Source: Promethearchaeia archaeon (GTDB taxonomy: Archaea; Asgardarchaeota; Lokiarchaeia; Sigyniarchaeales; SOKP01). Taken from it: a stretch of DNA of 64,000 bases. Positions 50,198-59,101 of this stretch are shown here, piece after piece. The DNA is taken from contig JAHQWJ010000152.1 of NCBI GenBank assembly GCA_029856125.1, positions 1-64,000 of the forward strand, read 5' to 3'. Made by a program: the position numbers and the translations under genes. Position 1 is the stretch's first letter. The number at the start of each line of letters is the position of its first letter. Under the pieces are notes generated by a model. The model saw only the letters and a list, made by a program, of their open reading frames with translations, searched no databases and had not been told where the DNA came from.

Positions 50198-51235
50198 TTA
50201 ATTGGTCCGTAAACTGACGGAGTCTTTTTTCCGTCTGACCGCCCCTAAAACTACTAAAATAGCCAATAATCCCCCGGCAGAGAGTCCAAAAGCAAGAGTC
50301 CACTCCATCGGCACATAGAAGTAGCCGATCGCAGTTTCATTTGCAGACGGTTCAGGCTCGGGGTCTGTTCCGTTGTTAATGGTGCTAATTTGATAATCTT
50401 CAGCGATAGCGTAGGCAATGTTTACTACATCAACTTGGCAGTGAATCCGAATTTTAACCGTATAAATTCCTTCCATAGCGGTTCCGAAGTCGAAGTGCAT
50501 TATCGTTCCAACGCCCCCTACTGTTTTGTTTTGGTAGATCGTAAATTCAAGCCCGTCAGGATCGGTCACATCGTAATCCACTCTAACTTCATTTTCAACA
50601 GTTAACCCTCCAATTGCCGAAACTCTTCCGAGGTAAAACTTGTATGACACATCGGTTTTGAGAACAGTGTTATGTTCAACTACCATCCCGTTAGTGAACT
50701 TGTTAACTTGATATAATTTCATTCTTTCTAAAAATTTTGGTGATATCACATCGTACAAGCACTTTACTTCCGGGTCGAACGATATTTTGATATGCAAATT
50801 TAAGGTAAGAGCACAAGCAACGGAAACGATGAAAGTATAGTTTCCGGCGATCGCCGTTCCAAACGGAACTTCGAACCAATCGTCGTCTTGAGAAATATTT
50901 ACTTCCGTATTGAACACATTGTACACATCTAATACCGGATCGACGATAGTCACGTTAATTTCGCAATCGTGAGGGGTTACAATCTCAAGTAACATATAAT
51001 AATTAACTTTTTCGAACAAATATAAATCCTCAAACCGTAATGTGTCGTTAGGTGCCAGAAAAGTAAACACTTTGTCTACTAAATTTTGCTCAGAACTCGC
51101 CTTTGGGTTGTCTACTTGACTTGTCACACCTAATACCGGGCGAGGAGAGGTAGACAGAACTCCAAAAATGGCGAGGCCGGTGATGAGCGAAATAACAACG
51201 AGGGACTTTCTAATTCTAGGGGAATTAATAGCCAT
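50198..51235 (-). CDS. surface protein with two tandem beta-sandwich domains and C-terminal TM
   Basis: Signal/TM, internal duplication (DP...FGTA..G.YT twice), PEPEP linker, TM-RRKK. Confidence 0.75.
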   Translation of the reverse strand: MAINSPRIRKSLVVISLITGLAIFGVLSTSPRPVLGVTSQVDNPKASSEQNLVDKVFTFLAPNDTLRFEDLYLFEKVNYYMLLEIVTPHDCEINVTIVDPVLDVYNVFNTEVNISQDDDWFEVPFGTAIAGNYTFIVSVACALTLNLHIKISFDPEVKCLYDVISPKFLERMKLYQVNKFTNGMVVEHNTVLKTDVSYKFYLGRVSAIGGLTVENEVRVDYDVTDPDGLEFTIYQNKTVGGVGTIMHFDFGTAMEGIYTVKIRIHCQVDVVNIAYAIAEDYQISTINNGTDPEPEPSANETAIGYFYVPMEWTLAFGLSAGGLLAILVVLGAVRRKKDSVSLRTN

Positions 51236-51551
51236 ACACCTGCAATTCTTTGAATTCAGAGACGAGTATTTTCACTTTCGAGCAACTGTCGTAGTCTATA
51301 CAATTAAAACATGGTTGATCCGACCAAAAATACGCAGGTTGATTCCTTCTTTCCACGATTAAAAGCGGAAAGCTACCTTTTGGACATTCTAGCGCAGAAT
51401 TACTAATCTTTCCCTTCTTCGGGATCGGATACGAAATACCGCACGCATCGCATTTGACGAATCGTTTGTAGTTATTTGTTTTATACATCATTAGTGAGCA
51501 CTGACAGGATGGGCAAGTGCCTATTTCTTGAATCTGTTTCAATTTAAACAC
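51225..51551 (-). CDS. stand-alone topoisomerase-I-type C4 zinc-ribbon protein
   Basis: IGTCPSC...RFVKC..C...YP.P....CPK..FP...CFNC. Confidence 0.7.
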   Translation of the reverse strand: MFKLKQIQEIGTCPSCQCSLMMYKTNNYKRFVKCDACGISYPIPKKGKISNSALECPKGSFPLLIVERRNQPAYFWSDQPCFNCIDYDSCSKVKILVSEFKELQVYGY

Positions 51552-51587
51552 CGTAAATTTACTTTTACTTTAAGGTAAAAATCGATG

Positions 51588-51602
51588 CTTATAAAGGAAA
51601 AA
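51588..51602 (-). promoter_or_regulatory. T-rich-BRE TATA promoter
   Basis: Reverse complement TTTTTCCTTTATAAG, divergent intergenic region. Confidence 0.68.
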
Positions 51603-51807
51603 GCACTTTTTAAAAAAAAATTAGTAATTGCGGCACCCGATCTTATTTAAAAGGTACGGAATTGCTTCCTACACTTGTAATTCGATGAATACACCCTAAT
51701 TTATTTTTTTGGAAGGTTAGGCTTTTAATTTCTATCCTTTCTTTTTAATTGACCAATTTCTAATACAACAAATAATAGCGACTATTATCATAAAATGAAA
51801 GGATTAA

Positions 51808-51823
51808 TTTTTTTCTTTAAATA
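51808..51823 (+). promoter_or_regulatory. T-rich-BRE TATA promoter
   Basis: TTTTTTTCTTTAAATA 22 nt before ATG 51846. Confidence 0.7.
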
Positions 51824-51845
51824 ATCGGTACAAAATTCATCTATT

Positions 51846-52070
51846 ATGGTATTGTTCGATTATTTTGAAGATGTTCTAGGAGGAGTCGAGTTTTTGATAG
51901 CCTTCGGTTCGCTTGTGGGAATCCTTGGACTTTTAATTGGCATTATGTTAGCTATTTGGGGCGGAAGTCGGCTTCGCTACAAGATGCTAGGAGTTATAAT
52001 ATTCTCATTTGTGTTGATTGCGATTTGCGGCTTCGATACTGGATTCAAATACTTCAGAATTTTTAGATAA
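51846..52070 (+). CDS. 74-aa two-helix hairpin membrane protein (VirB2/CedA1 pilin-like topology)
   Basis: Two Gly-rich hydrophobic helices joined by basic loop GGSRLRYK. Confidence 0.65.
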   Translation: MVLFDYFEDVLGGVEFLIAFGSLVGILGLLIGIMLAIWGGSRLRYKMLGVIIFSFVLIAICGFDTGFKYFRIFR

Positions 52071-52091
52071 TTAAAAAAAATTCTTTTCTTT

Positions 52092-52475
52092 TTAGCAATA
52101 ATGGTATCCTTGGGATGGTTGACTCCCTCCAAACACTAACCCTAAAAATTCGAAAGGGACTCCGGTAAGAAAAGCGCCGATCCATAGTAATAACGCACTA
52201 GCTAGAAACGATTTAACGCGGAATTGGTGAAAGAAGATTTTGAGGATGTTTATTACGAACAAGGCGCCCCCAATGGTAAGGAAAATTTGACCTACGCTCA
52301 TGAAAATTGTTTTAAAAAATGTTCCTGTCATATAACGCAAATTCGATCCGAAAAAAGGCACGATTATTGCGATGAAACCTAAAATCCCGAGGATCATTAA
52401 AAAAGTGCGGTTTGACTTGCGTTGTTTTCGAAGGATTATGATACCGTTGCTACTTTTAGCCATAGATTTTATCAC
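52092..52475 (-). CDS. small 3-TM protein
   Basis: Basic N-terminus, TM, then hairpin with HQFRVK loop. Confidence 0.7.
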   Translation of the reverse strand: MIKSMAKSSNGIIILRKQRKSNRTFLMILGILGFIAIIVPFFGSNLRYMTGTFFKTIFMSVGQIFLTIGGALFVINILKIFFHQFRVKSFLASALLLWIGAFLTGVPFEFLGLVFGGSQPSQGYHYC

Positions 52476-52509
52476 TTGATGAGTTTTACTCTCATATTCA
52501 AATCAAATC

Positions 52510-52523
52510 CTTATAAAGAAAAA
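52510..52523 (-). promoter_or_regulatory. T-rich-BRE TATA promoter
   Basis: Reverse complement TTTTTCTTTATAAG, divergent intergenic region. Confidence 0.65.
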
Positions 52524-52607
52524 GTTCAACTTTTTCTAATCCTAATTAAATTAAATTCATATTACAACGAAAGAAATGTTTAATAATTCTGCACCCAAAT
52601 AAGTAAT

Positions 52608-52823
52608 ATGTCGAATAACGAAAGAGTGAAATGTCCTGAATGTGGCTCTATGACTTTAATTTCTCGAGATAGGGAAGATTATTGCTCTAATTGTGGTATA
52701 GAGCTTAATTATGATGACTTGCAACAAGGAGGAGGGAAAGTCCTTATATTATGGGTCTTAGTTGTTTTTATAGTAATAATTAGCGTAGTTTTAATTATGT
52801 TACCTTTCTTTCCTCATTATTAG
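52608..52823 (+). CDS. zinc-ribbon + TM small protein
   Basis: CPECG...CSNCG, C-terminal TM. Confidence 0.72.
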   Translation: MSNNERVKCPECGSMTLISRDREDYCSNCGIELNYDDLQQGGGKVLILWVLVVFIVIISVVLIMLPFFPHY

Positions 52824-52894
52824 TGTCCTATTGGTTTTAATCATAATGATAGGGATTGCTCTTATATTTTTATTCTTCTTGTATGCGTAGATAA

Positions 52895-52910
52895 TTTTTC
52901 TTTTTTATAA
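52895..52910 (+). promoter_or_regulatory. T-rich-BRE TATA promoter (variant)
   Basis: TTTTTCTTTTTTATAA 20 nt before the fen ATG. Confidence 0.5.
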
Positions 52911-52930
52911 TCTGTAATGACCTAAATTGT

Positions 52931-54031
52931 ATGGGAGTTAAACTTCAAGATTTAGTGATCCGAAACGTAATCGAATTTTCCAAACTTGCAGGTAAGATTA
53001 TAGCGGTAGATGCCCCAAATGTAATAATGAGTTTGTTTAATTTCGCTCGCAAAAACCCTGACGGTTCTCAAGCAGGACTTATTCTCGACCGCACCCAAAG
53101 ACCGATATCTCACCTTTATGGCTTGCTCTTTAGGACGAACTTTTTCTATTCTAAGAAAATTTTCCCCATTTTTTGCTTCGATGGACTCGATTCCGACCTA
53201 AAAAAGCTAAAAACTAAGGATAGGCTCAACGACTTCTTATTCACGGAAAAGTTATATCGATCATTAATCCAATCAGGGAACAGAGAAAACGCGAAACAAA
53301 TCGCTTTATCGAAAGAATATATGTGGCCCAACATTGTTAAAGAATCCAAGCAACTTCTAGGTGCATTAGGCGTGCCATACATAAGCGCTCCCGCTTCAGC
53401 AGAATCACAATGTGCTCAAATTGTTAAAAGCAAAGTTGCACACTATTCTAACTCTCAAGATTTTGACTCTCTTCTTTTTGGATGCCCGCAGACGCTCCAA
53501 AACCTCTCAAAATCATTAAGAAGGAAAGTGCAGGGTCGCTGGAAATATCAAAAAATCACTCCCGTTAAGATCGATCTCAACGAAAATCTAAAAAGGTTGG
53601 AAATCGATCAGTTTCAATTAGTAGACATGGCGCTCCTGATAGGAACCGACTATTTTCCGGGTATAAAAAATATTGGACCAAAAAACGCTTACAAATTCAT
53701 TAAAAAGCACCGTTCCATAGAAAATGTGATCATAGAAGAAAAAAGAAATTACGATTTTTCTGCCTTGAGTTCCGAAGTCATTGCGAAGGTAAGAAAAATC
53801 TTTTTACTCCCCGAAGTATTAACAGATTATCCACATTTGGGCTGGAATTTTCCTAGCGAACAACAAACATTAAACTTATTGTGCGAAGATCACCATCTCA
53901 ATCGAGAACGGGTAGAAAACAACTTTAAAAAGTTGGCTATAAATTACGGAAAGTGCCAAATCTTTTTCTCCAACAAAACGAGAAATCCCTCGAAAAAACA
54001 AGAAACTCTTGATTCTATTTTTTCTACTTAG
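52931..54031 (+). CDS. fen: flap endonuclease 1 (FEN1/XPG family)
   Basis: MGVKL, AVDA, FDG, AESQCA, SQDFDSLLFG, LIGTDY..GIKNIGPK, PIP-box-like KQETLDSIF. Confidence 0.9.
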   Translation: MGVKLQDLVIRNVIEFSKLAGKIIAVDAPNVIMSLFNFARKNPDGSQAGLILDRTQRPISHLYGLLFRTNFFYSKKIFPIFCFDGLDSDLKKLKTKDRLNDFLFTEKLYRSLIQSGNRENAKQIALSKEYMWPNIVKESKQLLGALGVPYISAPASAESQCAQIVKSKVAHYSNSQDFDSLLFGCPQTLQNLSKSLRRKVQGRWKYQKITPVKIDLNENLKRLEIDQFQLVDMALLIGTDYFPGIKNIGPKNAYKFIKKHRSIENVIIEEKRNYDFSALSSEVIAKVRKIFLLPEVLTDYPHLGWNFPSEQQTLNLLCEDHHLNRERVENNFKKLAINYGKCQIFFSNKTRNPSKKQETLDSIFST

Positions 54032-54039
54032 AAATTTAA

Positions 54040-54054
54040 TTTTTCTTTATAAAA
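54040..54054 (+). promoter_or_regulatory. T-rich-BRE TATA promoter
   Basis: TTTTTCTTTATAAAA. Confidence 0.6.
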
Positions 54055-54072
54055 GCTCAATGAATTGTTTGT

Positions 54073-54729
54073 GTGTTAATTAAAATCTACACTCACATAA
54101 CTAACGAAATTGAGAGAAGTATGGCAGAATCAACGAACGATGCGATCATTCTGCAAAACAGTTTAAGAACCTATAGAAGGGTTCCAAGGGACCATGTTAA
54201 CAAAGAGAAAGTGCTTAACTACTTTTTTAGATTCGAAAGCTTTGCGGATAACACTAATGAATACAAAGATTTAACCCCCTTGATCGTGAAGAACATTGTG
54301 AAGGAAACGAACTTACCCGATTTCGTAGTGTTAAACACCGTTTTTGAGTTTATAACCGATGCGACCCAATTCAGTCATACTTTAAGGTTAGGACTCGTTT
54401 CGTGGGGTTCAGGAGAGAAAAGCGTTTTACGCCAGTCGAAATTTTATCTGAGAAAGGTTCATAGAATCGCCCCTGTGTTTGATTACCCCCGAGCAATTGC
54501 CAACTTAGAGATTTTACACAAAATCTTAAAAAAAAACTTTTTTTGGCCACACATCACCACTCAACTTGCTTTAACCATATTCGTGACCGACAGAAAAGAC
54601 CCAACTATAACGAAAAATGAGTATATCCTGCAAAAAAACCTAAGAACATTTTGCGCGTGCTCCGCTTACGCCTTCCACATGGCCAGAAAGAAGCTTCATA
54701 TTGACAAGACGGGTTGTATCTACACTTAA
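54073..54729 (+). CDS. hypothetical protein, possibly cyclin-fold / TFB-core-like
   Basis: C-terminal ...LALTIFV...ILQKNLRTFCACSAYAF resembles the end of a TFB cyclin repeat; start may be ATG 54121. Confidence 0.5.
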   Translation: MLIKIYTHITNEIERSMAESTNDAIILQNSLRTYRRVPRDHVNKEKVLNYFFRFESFADNTNEYKDLTPLIVKNIVKETNLPDFVVLNTVFEFITDATQFSHTLRLGLVSWGSGEKSVLRQSKFYLRKVHRIAPVFDYPRAIANLEILHKILKKNFFWPHITTQLALTIFVTDRKDPTITKNEYILQKNLRTFCACSAYAFHMARKKLHIDKTGCIYT

Positions 54730-54759
54730 TCTGTTTTTTAGGGTTTTTCAATTTATGAA

Positions 54760-54774
54760 TTTTTTGTTTAAATA
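54760..54774 (+). promoter_or_regulatory. T-rich-BRE TATA promoter (G variant)
   Basis: TTTTTTGTTTAAATA; the same 15-mer occurs at 56842..56856. Confidence 0.55.
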
Positions 54775-54817
54775 CTTAGTTACTAATTTTTACTTATTAG
54801 TAAAAAATTGAGAGGTT

Positions 54818-55747
54818 ATGAAAATAAGCGCCTCAGTAGAAGAGTTATACAAAAAATTATTGGACCTTGGATTGTCTGAAGAAGAGCTGGAAAAAAAAGT
54901 TAAGAACAAAGTAGAAGAATATGGCGGCTTCATGTCGAAACAAGGAGTGCTGTTTATAATAGCTAGAGAAAACGGGCTTGATGTTAGATCTCCCGATATT
55001 GACGATTATATTTACGACGAGTTAGAGGAGGAAATCGATTACAACGAGTTTACAATAGATGTCTCAGACCTTAGAGAAGGGATGAGCAACATCGTGCTGT
55101 TAGGGAAGATTTTGAACTCACAAAAAGTTCACGAGTTTGTGCGAAAGGACGAATCTAGTGGAAAAGTATGCTCTTTTTTACTCGGAGACCCGACTGGAAT
55201 CGTGAAAATCGTGTTGTGGGACGAACGGGTAGATAGTGTTAATCAAGAGTATTTCAAACCAAATGAACTCGTTCGAGTTATTGGCGGATATTCAAAACTA
55301 GGACAAAAAAATACTCTCGAAGTGCACCTCGGAAGAAAAGGCACATTAATTCTCTCTCCTGAAGTTAGCAGGAAAAAACGAGAACAGTTCGAAGCAATTA
55401 CTATTTCCAGTTCAGATGATAAAACATCCAAGAGTAACTTAGAACCTTTGGAACAAGCTATCCAACATAATAAATACATCAGCACCGTCAAAGGAACTGT
55501 TCAGATAGAAGAATTTAAGGAATTAGAGTTAAAATCGGGCAAGAAATCGTTTTTGCTTACTATTTTCTTAGAAGCAGAAGGGTTCACTATTAGAGTGAAA
55601 GCGTGGGGCATGAAAGGGGTAGAATGTTTGAAAATAGTGAATGATGGGGATTTTGTTTCTATTACTAACTTAGCCGTAAAAGAGAACACGTATACCGGCG
55701 AGAAAGAGCTTGTGTTCACGAGTAATTCGAGTGTAATGTTGATTTAA
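54818..55747 (+). CDS. replication protein A / ssDNA-binding protein (2 OB folds)
   Basis: N-terminal helical domain (GGFMS..G...IIARE.G), GDPTG..KIVLWD, second OB fold with AWG. Confidence 0.85.
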   Translation: MKISASVEELYKKLLDLGLSEEELEKKVKNKVEEYGGFMSKQGVLFIIARENGLDVRSPDIDDYIYDELEEEIDYNEFTIDVSDLREGMSNIVLLGKILNSQKVHEFVRKDESSGKVCSFLLGDPTGIVKIVLWDERVDSVNQEYFKPNELVRVIGGYSKLGQKNTLEVHLGRKGTLILSPEVSRKKREQFEAITISSSDDKTSKSNLEPLEQAIQHNKYISTVKGTVQIEEFKELELKSGKKSFLLTIFLEAEGFTIRVKAWGMKGVECLKIVNDGDFVSITNLAVKENTYTGEKELVFTSNSSVMLI

Positions 55748-55769
55748 TTAGTTAAAAATAGAAGTATTG

Positions 55770-56702
55770 TTATTCTCCTGTTATCGAATCTACATTTCTA
55801 AAAATCTCTTTGAGTTTTATTACATCCTCTTTTGGGAGGGGGGGTTTTTGCATAATTTTAATGTTTTCTTTCAAATGATCAAGATTTCCAGTACCTGAAA
55901 GGATTACATGGGTACCTGGTTCATAATTACAAAACCGGTATGCTGCATCAACTACACTTTCAACACCTTTATTATGTATAAGAAAACCAAGAGGATCTTC
56001 TTTATCTATCACAGAGGGATTGATCTGTTTATTCTGAATTAATTCATCAATACATTGTTTCAGACGTATGGGTCTACTAAACGCAAGTCTCACGGCAAAC
56101 ATTATTAAAATCCCTATTTTTTTTTCCATTGTAGCTAAAAATATTCGCTCTCGTGCTGACTGGTTCAATATATTAAAACCTACCATCATTACATCCCAGA
56201 TATCATCTTTTAGTGCTCTCTGCAACATAGTATGTTGGGGATCAACATTAAACCTTTCTGTAATACCCAGAAAGCGTATTTTACCTTGATCTCGCATTTC
56301 AAGGAGAGTAGGGACCACTTCTGAATAGAGATTATCGTAATCTTGCAAAATTACTCCATGAAGGTGATAAATATCAATATAATCGGTCCCAAGATTCTTA
56401 AGACTCCTCTCAAGGCTTTTTATGACTTTATCTGGCTTTATACTCCCCCATGTTGATTTTTTAGTTGACAAGACGAGATCTTCTCTATTGAAACCTTCAA
56501 TACCCTTACCCACAATCTTTTCTGTCCGATAAAACTCGGCTGTATCAATAAAATTGATGCTAGAATTTAACCCATGCTTAATTATTGCGATAGATTCTTC
56601 TTCAGTATTTCCAGTAGCTTGCCCAATACGGCTAGGTCCGCCACATCCTAAACCCATAACGCTGACCTTCAACCCCGTACGCCCAAGTGTAGTATAATCC
56701 AT
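55770..56702 (-). CDS. aldo/keto reductase
   Basis: LGRTGLKVS..GLG, IDTAEFY, STK, DYIDIYHLH. Confidence 0.9.
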   Translation of the reverse strand: MDYTTLGRTGLKVSVMGLGCGGPSRIGQATGNTEEESIAIIKHGLNSSINFIDTAEFYRTEKIVGKGIEGFNREDLVLSTKKSTWGSIKPDKVIKSLERSLKNLGTDYIDIYHLHGVILQDYDNLYSEVVPTLLEMRDQGKIRFLGITERFNVDPQHTMLQRALKDDIWDVMMVGFNILNQSARERIFLATMEKKIGILIMFAVRLAFSRPIRLKQCIDELIQNKQINPSVIDKEDPLGFLIHNKGVESVVDAAYRFCNYEPGTHVILSGTGNLDHLKENIKIMQKPPLPKEDVIKLKEIFRNVDSITGE

Positions 56703-56912
56703 AATTTCTCAGACTTTTTATTGTTATCAAAGGAAATTGAAACATAGATTTTATAGTTTAAGATTAAATTGACTTAATTAAATATCTCTAAGTCTTAACC
56801 TTCCTCATAAGTTGTGAAGGTTTAGAATTTCTCTTTTCTTATTTTTTGTTTAAATATCCTACTTTTTTCTTGTGCTGTAAGATTTTTAGTCTTAAATCTC
56901 CATAAAAATAAT

Positions 56913-57587
56913 TTGAAAATCATGATAACTAAGCAAAAGTTAAACGCAAACGAGATCGTTGGTTTAGAAAAACCTTCAAATCCCATTTCAAAGCGGTTGG
57001 AAGAGATTTTTTTCTACAGTAGCGTTAGTTACATCGTATTGTTGGTTATGAATGTTATTTTATCTTCATTTTTCGGATATTCGCTCATAACTAATTACAT
57101 TAGCGACTTAGGAAGTAAAAATATAATCCCTTTTCCTTACGTTCACGATTTAATTTGCGTGTTTGGAGGTATTGTGAGCCTTCCTGTTAATTTTTTTGTG
57201 AGAAAAAAGTTGCGAATTGTTTACAAAAGTTCGAAGCACTCTGTCTTATTTGTCGAGTTAGGCGTAGCTTTAGGAATAATTGGAAATATTGGATACATAT
57301 TTTTAGGAGTATTCAGTTTAGATCGAGGAGGTCCAGGAGGCATCTATCACCGTATTATAACCTTCATTTCGTTTGGTGGTTATATTTTTTCTATCTTCTT
57401 TTTTAGTTTGAACATTGTTTTATCGCACAAATGCAAGTTAAAACATTTAGGTTTATTTGGATTGATTGTTCCCATTGCTTTGCTTTTTGCCTATTGCGCC
57501 ACCACCATCCCTCTTATCGAATGGTTTTTGTTAAGTTCCATCTTGTTGTTTTTGCTTTTGTTGGATTATTACGTGTTCAAAATTTAA
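56913..57587 (+). CDS. DUF998-like membrane protein
   Basis: NYISDLGS, GVFS.D...H, EW. Confidence 0.72.
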   Translation: MKIMITKQKLNANEIVGLEKPSNPISKRLEEIFFYSSVSYIVLLVMNVILSSFFGYSLITNYISDLGSKNIIPFPYVHDLICVFGGIVSLPVNFFVRKKLRIVYKSSKHSVLFVELGVALGIIGNIGYIFLGVFSLDRGGPGGIYHRIITFISFGGYIFSIFFFSLNIVLSHKCKLKHLGLFGLIVPIALLFAYCATTIPLIEWFLLSSILLFLLLLDYYVFKI

Positions 57588-57611
57588 TCGTCAAGCTAAA
57601 ATTGAAATGAC

Positions 57612-58106
57612 TTACTCTCTCACTATCTTATTCATCAAAATAGCGCTTATAAGAACTAGTCCCCCTCCAATAAGATTAATAACAAATCCATACCCAATAA
57701 CATGATAATTATAAAAATAAACCCCACCAAAAAACGAAAAAATCCTAAAAAGTATTAACCATAGAACTGTTAAAACAAGAGTAAAAATTGCTAATAATAA
57801 AAAGTTTTTATTCATCTTCTTTGTGAAATTTTGGGTTTTTCTAAATTCCAATAATAATTTAACAGTTTTAACTGCGAATACAATAATTATAATGGAAAAT
57901 ATTATCCCGTATATCAAGACATTTAATAGCATACCTATGTATTCTCCTCCTACACTTATCCATAATCCCCACATCCAAATATAACCACCAACCCCTGTGG
58001 GAAAATCGGGATTTTTAGGAAACATAATTGGTAAAAAGACCAAAGAAATCATTATGATTAAGGTTCCAATTGATGCTAAAATCCAAAATTTAGTAAAATT
58101 AACCAT
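57612..58106 (-). CDS. 4-TM membrane protein (claudin-like pattern)
   Basis: WMWGLW in loop 1, IGYGF before TM4. Confidence 0.65.
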   Translation of the reverse strand: MVNFTKFWILASIGTLIIMISLVFLPIMFPKNPDFPTGVGGYIWMWGLWISVGGEYIGMLLNVLIYGIIFSIIIIVFAVKTVKLLLEFRKTQNFTKKMNKNFLLLAIFTLVLTVLWLILFRIFSFFGGVYFYNYHVIGYGFVINLIGGGLVLISAILMNKIVRE

Positions 58107-58184
58107 TTCTTATCACTTAATATTTCTTTTTTTAACTTTATATAATCTATATTTTTTTTTTACCTAAAAAGGATTGCAATTAGG

Positions 58185-58877
58185 TTAATTTTTAGCGCTA
58201 CTTTCATTACTTTCCTTTGGTTTCCTTTTTGCGAGAAAATCGAGGTATTCTTCACTTTTCTCCTTTTCTTTCTTGGAAGGTTCATGAAAATTTGGATGTA
58301 TTATGAAAAACAGAATTATTGGCAAAAGAAAGAAACTTAAGAGATATACAATAATAATAGTATTTTCGAATAACATAAAATTATGCGCATCTTGTTCTTT
58401 AATACTATGAGTATAAATGAGATTATAATTCACAGTACCATTCTGTGGATTACTGTTCAATTGATAGTTTAAATCAACGGAGCCTTGACAAGTTAAATTG
58501 TCTCCAAATGATAATTCAATACTTCTTGAGGATATTATCTTGGGCCAGTAGAGTAAGGTACCATTATAAGTGTATAGATTTATTGTATTCTGATAAATTT
58601 CACAATCAATTCTTTCAATTTCCACAGCTGTTACACTTGCATTAAATGTGAAATCAATTTCCAAATAATATAAATATGCAACCGGATTTAATAAGTTTGA
58701 ATTTAACTCTATACTCATAGCAACATTCATATCTACATCACCGTCAATAGTTATATTTTTACTCCCTTTTAATCCAAAAAAATAATCAATGCTTCCTATT
58801 AGAGGAATTAAACACAATAAAACTACAATAATTAGAATTGTAAAAACTATAAATTTAGATTCTTTGCTCTTTACCAT
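58185..58877 (-). CDS. membrane protein with extracellular beta domain
   Basis: N- and C-terminal TM, NxS/T sequons. Confidence 0.7.
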   Translation of the reverse strand: MVKSKESKFIVFTILIIVVLLCLIPLIGSIDYFFGLKGSKNITIDGDVDMNVAMSIELNSNLLNPVAYLYYLEIDFTFNASVTAVEIERIDCEIYQNTINLYTYNGTLLYWPKIISSRSIELSFGDNLTCQGSVDLNYQLNSNPQNGTVNYNLIYTHSIKEQDAHNFMLFENTIIIVYLLSFFLLPIILFFIIHPNFHEPSKKEKEKSEEYLDFLAKRKPKESNESSAKN

Positions 58878-59101
58878 CTTTCTCCCTCCATTTTTTTAAA
58901 AACAACAATTTGGGATACAAGAACATTTGTATTTACTATATTAAGAATTGAGTATTTTAATGTTAGGTTCTAAGCACAAAAAAGCTAAGAAAATTGTGAT
59001 TTGCAGTTTGAATCCCGGTTGCTTGAGAAATCATGAATTTTTGTTTTTGGGTAAATTGCGTAAAAAATCAGTTTTGAGAGGAAGACAACCTTTAAATTAC
59101 T

